From contig JAAPAO010000239.1 of NCBI GenBank assembly GCA_013115145.1, forward strand, positions 1 through 48,746: a stretch of DNA of 48,746 bases, written 5' to 3'. Below, piece by piece: positions 34,936 through 44,252 of this stretch (within the stretch, counting starts at the first letter, position 1; each line of letters begins with the position of its first letter). The notes under the pieces were generated by a model. It was not told where the DNA came from, made no database searches, and was given only the letters and a program-made list of their open reading frames with translations. A program made the position numbers and the translations under genes. The stretch is from Perkinsus chesapeaki ATCC PRA-425 (lineage: Eukaryota; Protista; Perkinsozoa).

Positions 34936-35350
34936 CATTACTTACTGTATCCTGGTTCTAAGTTGTATAGTCCTGACTCAGGACTCCCGAGTCCTCAGGA
35001 CTCAGTCCTGTCGTAATGACAATGTGCAGACTGTTTAGCTTTGCGTTCTTGTTAGTACGTGCGACTAGTTGTCGCCGACAACGCGTGTGCTACTACTATT
35101 ACTAGTAGCACTAGTATTAGTTATATTGCATCTCTGGCCCTGCCCATCCGATACTGTTTGTTTGAGTGTGGCAATCTCATGCAGTTTGGATGCAACTTGT
35201 GAATCGTTCACAAAACTTGTGTCCTGCAACTTGTAGAACACAAGCTTTAATACTAGCTCGCCTTCGGGTGGCTAGTAATATTAGCCTAGTATCTAAATTT
35301 ACTTCTCATTTGTTGGCACAAGTACGCCCACTACTCGTTGTTGATTAATC

Positions 35351-38300
35351 ATGGAGTATTCTCATATTATCATTGATGATTCTGCCGTACCCCAAGCCTG
35401 TCAGTTTTGTCGTTCCGAGGCCGTCCCAGACTCGCAAGGCGAGTGGGTGCAGTGTGATAGATGCTTCGGTTGGTACCATATTCCATGTGCCGCTGGTTAT
35501 GATAATCGCGCTGGTCATGACCCTAATGATATTTGGCTATGCCAATCTTGCACGGTCATCCGAGAGAGAGAGGGCTCTCTAGATGCTAAAGCTATCGTGA
35601 TACCCATGCTGAAGCTAATCAAAGACCACGGCCTAATGTTTGCGGATGCGGGACATGTTCTAGCTAAAGCGGTGGCCAAAGGTGTTAAAGCTGTGATTCG
35701 TGGTTCAGTCAGTAATGGCATCTGTAAATCGGTCTGGAAGCTCAGTGGTGAGCAAAACTCCGCTGTGAATGTCTTGCTGGCTTGTAACGTGAAATGCCGA
35801 CTACAAGCAAATGGTAAACGTGTTGGATTCGTTGACTACTCCAAGTTTCTAAGCCTATCTGTGAGTCCTATAGCCGAGGACGCGAAGAAGCAGTATGACT
35901 CATACCTTGATAGGAACCTTGGCGCCCTCATATGTCGTGGTCTTGCAATCGAAGATCTGAAGTTTGTTTATGAGTCTCGTCCTTATGACATTTGTGAGAC
36001 AGCATTTCTCGAGGAAGCCCGCGAAGCTGCCGCCAACCGCTTGAGGAACTTCCTCCGTGAGCAAGGTGATAAACATGGCGGCCAGCAGTGGGATACTCAT
36101 GAGCTTTGGAAGCTTGTTAGACGACCTCTGCAAGCTATTATTATAGGCGGCTGTCACGCTGCTTTGCTGAGCAAAGCTCAAGCTGATATGTCGGGCAGGC
36201 CAGGTTCCATCGACTTGCTTAAGCGTTTGGGCGACTTCATGCCTGATGCCTTCATTGCGCTAGCTCAAAGGCCGACTTCGACTGCTGAGCATATCCTTGA
36301 GCTCGGGGGAGTTACCTACGAAGCACGTTGTGGTATTTGTGCAGATGGCGTTGCGGCTGATACATGTGTTGATATTGCTGCCCCTGAGAGCCATACTAAA
36401 GGAGCTAAGGCTATCTTTTACCGTTATCGTCTTCCTGTAGAAGCTGTATGCGATGTGTGCTACGAAACAAGACCGCTGAGCTATTTCGAGTTTAAGTTCT
36501 GTACTTGCTCGGCTAGAATCTGTCGATGTTGTGCTTTTCGTACTACAATTGCAGCTCACGTCGAAGGAGCTGACCTCAGATGCACCTCTTGCCGACAACC
36601 ACTCGATACTGACGATCGTAACGTCATCAAATTAGTTGCTGATACTACAGCTTTCGTGGAAGTGCTCAGGTCTCTGAACCCAAGTGTACCTACTGGGCCT
36701 GCCAATGTGGTAATACCAGACAACGACTTCGCCTTCACCAACGACGTTGCCTACGATATATTGGAGCGCATCTACGATCATGGGCCAACTCCCGCCGATG
36801 ACGACATTGCCCAGCGTGAAATAGCTGCTGATTATCGCCGACAGTTGCAACTTGGAGATGACGTCGATGATGAAGAAGTCATGCGCCGTGCTAGGCAAGC
36901 TGCCGTGGAAGGCAATCCACCAAACTCCCCTCCTGATGACAATATGTCATTAGCGAGTGAGAATCTGGATAGGGCATGGCCGAATGACGATGAGCTAGAA
37001 GTTGCTAATGGGGGAAATGATTCTCCCATTCGAAGCGGCCCTGTCTCTGTTGCTGGCGATGATCTGGATGGTCCTCTTTTCGTTGTGCCAGACGGTGATG
37101 GACATGACATACTAATGGATATTGGTACCCCCGATCTTGTGCAGGACGGTGACCTTATCAGTGGTAACGATAGAGAACCTTTTGTCGCTGCTGATGCTTC
37201 TCCCAGTACACATACTGTCAATTCTACCAGTCTTACCCGCGCTATCCGTGGTTCTGGAGCCCTCTCAGCTTCTCCGCAAGGAACAGCCGGTGCGGGTGAT
37301 TCTACTTCGGTTCCCTTGGCATCATCAGGATCCTCTTCAGGTGTTGGTCTGATCAGCAATGCTCGTATTGGATCTGGTATTGCTTCTCGGGATCCAGGAG
37401 GATCGGAGAATCAGCCTTCTCAAATGGGTTCCAATCCGTATGGTCGTACACTGCCGGGTATGATATTTACTGCGACGAACCGTCGGAATGAAGCTTTTTG
37501 GTGGGAGTATCGTCTTTATGCCCGAGAGGGGCAAGTTACGCGCGAGGGTGTCCGCTATAGGTGCCGTGGTGCTGGTCACTGCACGTCAACTTGTACTCTA
37601 CGACACGACAGAAGCGATTTTGTACGCTATCCTTCTGCTCATGGTCCAGCATGTGCTCCTGATCCACACCGACAAGAAGTCTCTTTAGCTGCAAGGCATC
37701 TTCAAGCTGCTGCACGAGCTGATCGGAATGTTGATGTCATTAGTGCCCTGACTTTGACCGGTGGTAACTCGTATGCTAACACTAGGGATGTTCGCAATCT
37801 GCGCGAACGCCAGGCCTATACTATGCGCAGCAGCCTCCAGCTGCCCGGTTTGCCTACGGGCCCTGTGGGGTCTGAAAGTCATCGACGTCAGACTCATGAG
37901 AATATTGCTCGGTACGGCCAGACAACTTTCACTAATGACCTGTTCCTTCGTTTCAATGAGGCAGCCGAAGGTATAGCCATCTTCGCGGCCGACGAGTGCC
38001 TCCGCCGATGGGACGAGGTTGAGATGTTCTTCATTGACTGTACCTTTTTCGTGACCCCACCTGGGTTTGCACAAACCCTAACGGTTACTGGTGCTGTTGG
38101 TACTCAGTTCGTTCAACTGGCTTATGCACTTCTTCCCGACAAGTCGGAAGCTACATATCGTCTTGCCTTACGCGAGTTGAAAAGAGCCGTTGAGCAGCTC
38201 AACGGTGAATGCACTATGACGGCGTGCATGGTTGACTTCGAGTCCGGTCTCCGCAATGCGATTGGTGCCGTGTTTCGTCTCCAGCCACAAGATCTCCGAG

Positions 38301-38914
38301 GCTGTCTGTTCCATGCTAGCAAAGCTTGGTTCAACAAGATACGGTCATTGGGTCTAGGTCCAGTTTATCGCGAAGAAGCCCGGGAGGGCCAAGCCCACTC
38401 GTATTTGAATAGGTGGTTACATGCTGTATTTGGTTTGCCCTGTCTACAGCCTGCTCAAGTTGGTAATGCATGGATTCATCTGAAAAGTTGCCAGCCAGCT
38501 GATGAGCGAATATCTGCTTTTGTTCTATATATGGACCGCCGCTTCATGACCGCGACGTCTACTTGGCCTCCTTCTCACTGGGCCGCTCCTGCTGGGGAAC
38601 GACACCGAACCAACAACGCCGCCGAGTCTCTTCATTCTGCTCTCAAGCTACTCATAGGGAGGCGACGTCCTAACATACGGATCTTCCTCAACAAGCTGAA
38701 AACTCACCATGAAGGCGTACGTGTGAAGCTTCGTTCTATCCACATCCCTAATTCCCGGCGAAGCCCCAAAGAGGTTGTTCGAGTTTCTATCGCTAATAGG
38801 TACGCTGATGGACAGATGACGTTTTTCGAGTACTTAGAGGGCGTTGGTCGTGTTAACACTTTTCCTAAATTGAGCCGTGATGGTGACGTCGATATCAGTG
38901 ATGTCCCAGCGTAA
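35351..38914 (+). CDS. PHD - RING-like - FLYWCH-like - MULE DDE transposase (1187 aa, intact)
   Basis: PHD C4HC3 (CQFC...WVQCDRCFGWYHIPC...WLCQSC); Cys8 RING-like (CDVC..CTC..CRCC..CTSC); YRC..HC...H zinc finger; MULE core FIDCTF...ALLPDKSEATY...VDFE...GCLFH...RTNNAAESLH. Confidence 0.92.
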   Translation: MEYSHIIIDDSAVPQACQFCRSEAVPDSQGEWVQCDRCFGWYHIPCAAGYDNRAGHDPNDIWLCQSCTVIREREGSLDAKAIVIPMLKLIKDHGLMFADAGHVLAKAVAKGVKAVIRGSVSNGICKSVWKLSGEQNSAVNVLLACNVKCRLQANGKRVGFVDYSKFLSLSVSPIAEDAKKQYDSYLDRNLGALICRGLAIEDLKFVYESRPYDICETAFLEEAREAAANRLRNFLREQGDKHGGQQWDTHELWKLVRRPLQAIIIGGCHAALLSKAQADMSGRPGSIDLLKRLGDFMPDAFIALAQRPTSTAEHILELGGVTYEARCGICADGVAADTCVDIAAPESHTKGAKAIFYRYRLPVEAVCDVCYETRPLSYFEFKFCTCSARICRCCAFRTTIAAHVEGADLRCTSCRQPLDTDDRNVIKLVADTTAFVEVLRSLNPSVPTGPANVVIPDNDFAFTNDVAYDILERIYDHGPTPADDDIAQREIAADYRRQLQLGDDVDDEEVMRRARQAAVEGNPPNSPPDDNMSLASENLDRAWPNDDELEVANGGNDSPIRSGPVSVAGDDLDGPLFVVPDGDGHDILMDIGTPDLVQDGDLISGNDREPFVAADASPSTHTVNSTSLTRAIRGSGALSASPQGTAGAGDSTSVPLASSGSSSGVGLISNARIGSGIASRDPGGSENQPSQMGSNPYGRTLPGMIFTATNRRNEAFWWEYRLYAREGQVTREGVRYRCRGAGHCTSTCTLRHDRSDFVRYPSAHGPACAPDPHRQEVSLAARHLQAAARADRNVDVISALTLTGGNSYANTRDVRNLRERQAYTMRSSLQLPGLPTGPVGSESHRRQTHENIARYGQTTFTNDLFLRFNEAAEGIAIFAADECLRRWDEVEMFFIDCTFFVTPPGFAQTLTVTGAVGTQFVQLAYALLPDKSEATYRLALRELKRAVEQLNGECTMTACMVDFESGLRNAIGAVFRLQPQDLRGCLFHASKAWFNKIRSLGLGPVYREEAREGQAHSYLNRWLHAVFGLPCLQPAQVGNAWIHLKSCQPADERISAFVLYMDRRFMTATSTWPPSHWAAPAGERHRTNNAAESLHSALKLLIGRRRPNIRIFLNKLKTHHEGVRVKLRSIHIPNSRRSPKEVVRVSIANRYADGQMTFFEYLEGVGRVNTFPKLSRDGDVDISDVPA

Positions 38915-39058
38915 GATACGCCGAGTAACCTTGTGCTCGGCACATGCTTCGGTGACTGACACATTGCGGCTGCTTGATCTATTTGTGCTGCATCGAACTC
39001 TCCCATGCCATTAATTTTATGTAGGGCCCGTGCGGGCGTCATGTCTTATGTATTTTTG

Positions 39059-39915
39059 GTGCTGCACTGAAGGCTCTTATGTGGAGCCTGTGCGCGATAT
39101 CCTTTATCTGCTTTATGTGCTGCACTGAAGGCTCTTATGTGAAGCCCGTGCGCAATATCCTTTATCTGCTCTATGTGCTGCACTGAAGGCTCTTATGTGG
39201 AGCCCGTACGCGGNNNNNNNNNNNNNNNNNNNNNNNNNNNNNNNNNNNNNNNNNNNNNNNNNNNNNNNNNNNNNNNNNNNNNNNNNNNNNNNNNNNNNNN
39301 NNNNNNNNNNTGTGAAGCCCGTGCGCAATATCCTTTATCTGCTCTATGTGCTGCACTGAAGGCTCTTATGTGGAGCCCGTACGCGCACACTTTATCTGCT
39401 TTATGTGCTGCACTGAAGGCTCTNNNNNNNNNNNNNNNNNNNNNNNNNNNNNNNNNNNNNNNNNNNNNNNNNNNNNNNNNNNNNNNNNNNNNNNNNNNNN
39501 NNNNNNNNNNNNNNNNNNNNNCTTATGTGGAGCCCGTGCGCGATATCCTTTATCTGCTCTATGTGCTGCACTGAAGGCTCTTATGTGGAGCCCGTGCGCG
39601 ATATCCTTTATCTGCTCTATGTGCTGCACTGAAGGCTCTTATGTGGAGCCCGTACGCGGCACACTTTATCTGCTTTATGTGCTGCACTGAAGGCTCTTAT
39701 GTGAAGCCCGTGCGCAATATCCTTTATCTGCTTTATGTGCTGCACTGGAGGCTCTTATGTGAAGCCCGTGCGCGATATCCTTTATCTGCTTTATGTGCTG
39801 CACTGAAGGCTCTTATGTGGAGCCCGTGCGCGATATCCTTTATCTGCTTTATGTGCTGCACTGAAGGCTCTTATGTGGAGCCCGTACGCGGCACACTTTA
39901 TCTGCTCTATGTGCT
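39059..39915. repeat. ~55-58-bp tandem array (two N gaps)
   Basis: tatcctttatctgct(t/c)tatgtgctgcactgaaggctcttatgtg(g/a)agcccgtgcgc(g/a)a, period 58 (39061, 39119) with shorter cacactttatc variants; gaps at 39214-39310 and 39424-39520. Confidence 0.95.
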
Positions 39916-41836
39916 CTTTTCGACGGATTCTCTGATGGATGTTCTGTGAAACGTTATGCCTTCCCAATCTGCGGAGTCGGGATTCCTGATTTGCTCTCCT
40001 GTTCTGCCATTTTCCACTTAGAGCAACAGTACAAGCGGCAAGTAGTGTTTAAAGTTTCCACTAAAGAGGTAGTTTATGTAGCAGTGTTAGTCCGTATCTG
40101 TAGCTTCTATGGTCGTTTCAAACGCCTGAAAGTGTGATACGGGCTGCTGGTGCACCGGCGTCTTCTAAGATCCCCAATCTTTATTTCAGGTTCAACAATC
40201 CGTGTATCCGCAATGGCTGGCAGTGGCTGTTACTCTAGGGTTCACATTAATCATTCTGGTAATGCTTTGGTGACTAATACGACCTCGGGTTTCACAGTTT
40301 TCAGGCCTGCACACCCAAGCAAATATCTGACGGATCTGAGCAGTGCTTTGTAGGTTACTTATTCTGCGTTCTTCACACTGCTACTTTAATTACCGTCTCA
40401 AATCCACACTTGTCTTGTGTTAATCGGAACATTACATTTGGCACCCCGCTGCGGAGTCTCCGCATGAGCACCATACCGGATCTTATTATATTATGTTGAA
40501 AGTCTTGAGTATCTCGATTTCTTGGCCTTGAATGCTATGCTACGAGTAAGCACTGTGGTAGTACTAATTAGGGATCTCCCTCGGTTATCATCCTACATAA
40601 CACAACAGGGCCGTGAGACTGAAGTCACTCAGAAGATTGCATTCGAACGGCTGCTTGGACAGAATGATAAACTTAACTTGTGTTTGTTGTGTTAATTTTA
40701 TAGTTCAATTCAAAGTTGCTGTGACAACAACGTGGTTATGAGTTCCAACTACGCGCTCGTATCGTAACGTATCACGGATAAACTATACAGCAAACGACAT
40801 CGTGAACACAACATAATGGAGAAACATGGAAACTACAATTGCTTGATACGTGCTGGAAACTCAACCCTCAAAATCCTAGAATGAGATCAAGTGTACTTAC
40901 ACAAACTTTTGCAAACATTCAACTATCTTCATATGTAGAGACTACAACCCGCGCATCAAACTGTGCAACTCAAACTAAGCAACGACTCGTCCGGGTTCCA
41001 AAACGTTTCTTCTTGTAGAGTCCAAAAGTGTTCTTTATGTTGGGGCATATTACATCTCGTTTCCCGTGAAACTAAAAGCATTTCCAATATTCACACTCCA
41101 CACGTTCAGGTCGCTAATTGCAAGAGTTTTTACAACTCAACGCATCCGAGGGTACAGAAAATCAGCAATCAGAAAGTAACCGAAATTAGTCAAACTAGGC
41201 TGAGCAAACAATTTGTTTGTCTGTTTGTTTGAAACTAACTTAGTTGCAAGTCACGCCGGCTCTATGCCACGTATGTCACAATACAAAAATCCCTAAGGAT
41301 CTCCAGTCTCCGAGGTTGCGGAATTCACGTTCATTCGCTGGATACCACCGTGCATAAGACGCCTCGCTCAAATGGCGAAATACAGCTGGTAACACGTATA
41401 ATCTAGGAATTAGGCAAAAGCTGCATAGAGAACCGATTACAAAAGAAAAAACGCTCAGTACACACCCATTTGGCATGTTCTGATAGGAAACATGTACAGC
41501 GGAAAAAATGATGATATCCGTGTCTGATTGAGGAAATACGAGGATAACACCTACTCTCGCCAAAAAATCCGGAATTACCCGTTCTAGAGAAGAAATCAGC
41601 AGCCACTGCTAGGCAAAACCACGTTTACAAAACCGCTGTCAGCGTACGGGCGAGCGATTTTGGCCAGGTAGAAAAGCGACCGGACCAAAAATTACGGTAG
41701 ACTCGGAGCGGTAGCAGCCTGTAAGAGGTGAAATCCAGTGAGAATGGGTTGGAACAAAGGTTTTACCGTACATTTTATTGAGCACTAGATTAGGGAAATC
41801 AGCAACCTTGGCGAGTCGGCGAAACCTGGTGCCCCG

Positions 41837-42205
41837 TTACTACTAGACACTGGGACGAATTCTATATATGTCCCAGTGAAGCCAGGTCTCCTTTCCAGTA
41901 TACTTGCCAAGATTTCGCAGCTAGCTAAGCTTACTTTCAAATGGAATGCCATTGCTAAAGCTTGGCAGTTATCATGCAAGCTTCGTTCTGCTTTACCTGT
42001 ATTGTCATTTGAGCTCGGCGTAGGCAATATCCCTCTGAAGATGAGCCATCTCAACTATGTTCGTCAAGCTCTCGGTGATATATGCTTCCTCATTTTCCGA
42101 GAGACTAAGGCTAATTACTGGATCCTGCCTGGTGAAGCTTTCATCGGCAACTATGTAGAATTTCATCGTAAAGAAGGTCGGGTAGGAATTGCCGAACTCG
42201 GTTAG
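41837..42205 (+). pseudogene. Pepsin-like aspartyl protease, C-terminal part
   Basis: LLLDTGTNSIYVP (second catalytic DTG)...LPVLSFELG...CFLIF...YWILPGEAFIGNYVEFHRKEGRVGIAELG*. Confidence 0.9.
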
Positions 42206-43535
42206 TTTCGAAATTATTTAAGCAGTCCATCGGCTTAATAGAAACCTTCGTCGTCTGTTGCGATTGATGATGATTACCAGTTCTCGCCTCTTCATGCAAA
42301 ATGATCCACATAAATTGTCTGGGAATTTCAAATACAACTATAACATATATCTTTTCACTATGTAGGGCACATATTCATTTACCTCCAGTATCGTGGACAT
42401 GCTTCCCTACGTTCACCCTCGTCGTTACCTCATCACCTCGGATGATCCGATCTGATGGAGATTGATTAATTATGACACGATCGACGTGCTTCATTGACCA
42501 TGGACAGGACAGGTTCTACTGGGGAGTCTGCCCAGTCAATGGAGCAGTGCCGTAGACATTTAGCTTGTAGTCGCATGTCTTTTGGGCGACTCGGAAGGAT
42601 AAGGCCACATTTTGGCTTCATCCCCGTTGCCTCGGCTACGCTACTTTTCATTTTCAGTACGAACGATCAGATAAAGAGTTGCTCAATTAAAGGGTTGGTG
42701 AAGTGAGAAAGCGGTTTCGGATTTTCATAGTTGTGAGAATTCAACTTCATCAGTGAGTTATAACCGCACACAGTTGTATTTTGCATGCCTCTTCCAACAC
42801 GTCCATTAACATCAGATGGAGTCAGACTTCATCGTGGTAAAATATTTGATATTTCCAAAGGACGATCGTTAAGTGCTGTACCTCGAGGACAGTTGAGAAG
42901 CAGGACGCAGCTTGCAAGGGATATGTAGTAAATGGGACCGGCTAAATCACCGATCGGACTGTCCATGACTCATACAATAGCCTCATTTCTTACTCGTGTT
43001 ACATGAGTAACAAATGAGTATCGCGCAGCCCTGCAGTAAGCATGGGAATCTTTTGTTGCATAAAACAGTCACAGGTTGATTCCTCGTCGGCTCCGTTCGA
43101 TAATAGGGACACAGATTCGGAAGCTCATTTGCGTTCTCCCACGTAGTTGTCTATCTTTCAATGTCAATTTATAGAGAGCAATTAATCGACTCACTCGGGA
43201 GGGGAGTAGATGATCCGCCGGTCTAGGAACTTGAGCTAATTCACCTGATTAACTGAGATTCATTCCCGTTGCTGTTCAAAGTTTATGTTACCTTTTTACT
43301 GCTCCGTTAGTCCGCTTCTGTTCCATGCATAGTATGTTTCATACACTTGGTGGTGTTCGTACACCTTTATTCGTACATGTTTGTTTAGTACGGCGATATG
43401 GTAACGAGCAGTTGAGAGGGCGACTAGTGGTAGTTCTATGCGTCGCGTAGCCAATGTCGCGCGGTTCGTAGCTTTGGCGAGGCGATTGTCAAAGAATAAT
43501 CGCCTGCCTTCTCCGTCCTGTCTTCGTCGGTCTAT

Positions 43536-44252
43536 GTGTATGGATCCGGTTATACCATTCCAGGAATGGTTGACCATAATGGACCTCCTTCTAGGTACTT
43601 ATGTTACACTAAGACTGCTCGGCAAGCTACATCAAAGGCTTCAACCAACAACGCTGCTGCATTAATGATGACGCAAGTTTGCCTTCCTAAACTTCTACGG
43701 GATGGGAAATTCAACTTTTGGACGCACCTCAGACCTCCATTTATAATACAGGAAATGCTTCAGACCGATCACGGTCATTGGGGTGAAATTTACGAAGTCA
43801 CTTTCGTCTGTGCGCTCGACTATCACTCTGAAAGAAGTTGGGGGTGGCCACAGAGGGCCTCATCGACATTTGATAACCGAATAAGATCCAAAGCGACCAT
43901 CAAAATTCCCAAGGCGTATCCGGCGAGCGGCAATGAAAATATCAAAGTACTTCACTGGGGGAATCCCTGCTTGGTTGGCTACAACGATCACGAAGTTGAA
44001 GTTCTGGAGGAAAAAGGTGTGGTTAATGACGACTTGGCAAAGGCGTTGAAAACTGAAATCGTTTTGGAGAGGAAAAAGAGTGTTGAAGCGCTCCAGAAGG
44101 CATTCGGTGGAGCGCGGCGGAGTATGGCAAGTTTCGCGTTACCAAGGGCGGCAAGAGTGCCTGGCAAGACATTTGGGAAAAGTCTGAAGGGACAAGTTAG
44201 ACCAACAAGGGTGCTGCGCGTTGGACGAGGGAATAGTATTCTGGAAGAGTAA
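43536..44252 (+). CDS. Hypothetical protein (238-aa ORF)
   Basis: Length only; overlaps a 93-aa minus ORF; no motif recognised. Confidence 0.35.
   Translation: MYGSGYTIPGMVDHNGPPSRYLCYTKTARQATSKASTNNAAALMMTQVCLPKLLRDGKFNFWTHLRPPFIIQEMLQTDHGHWGEIYEVTFVCALDYHSERSWGWPQRASSTFDNRIRSKATIKIPKAYPASGNENIKVLHWGNPCLVGYNDHEVEVLEEKGVVNDDLAKALKTEIVLERKKSVEALQKAFGGARRSMASFALPRAARVPGKTFGKSLKGQVRPTRVLRVGRGNSILEE

Larger units (their letters stand above)
30625..41836 (+). mobile_element. 11.2-kb Mutator-like (MULE) DNA transposon
   Basis: Flanked by direct repeat TTACTACT (30617-30624, 41837-41844); ends gggcgtaaCAGGTTTCGCC / GGCGAAACCTGgtgccccg; removal restores a 387-aa protease ORF; encodes a MULE transposase. 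Confidence 0.9.

Noticed and set aside
39059-39915. CRISPR array
   Set aside because: Units are head-to-tail with no unique spacers, there are no cas genes, and the context is eukaryotic; the same applies to 22856-23013 and 34229-34935.
39113-39949. Short ORFs such as MCCTEGSYVEPVR and MQHIEQIKDIAH
   Set aside because: Translations of the tandem array across N gaps.
39946-41800. Captured host exons in the right arm of the element
   Set aside because: Some gtaag/ttag signals and short ORFs, but no recognisable protein could be assembled.
42380-43577. Possible minus-strand spliced gene (also short ORFs at 44657-44896 and 45187-45402)
   Set aside because: No motif and no consistent exon chain; left unannotated.
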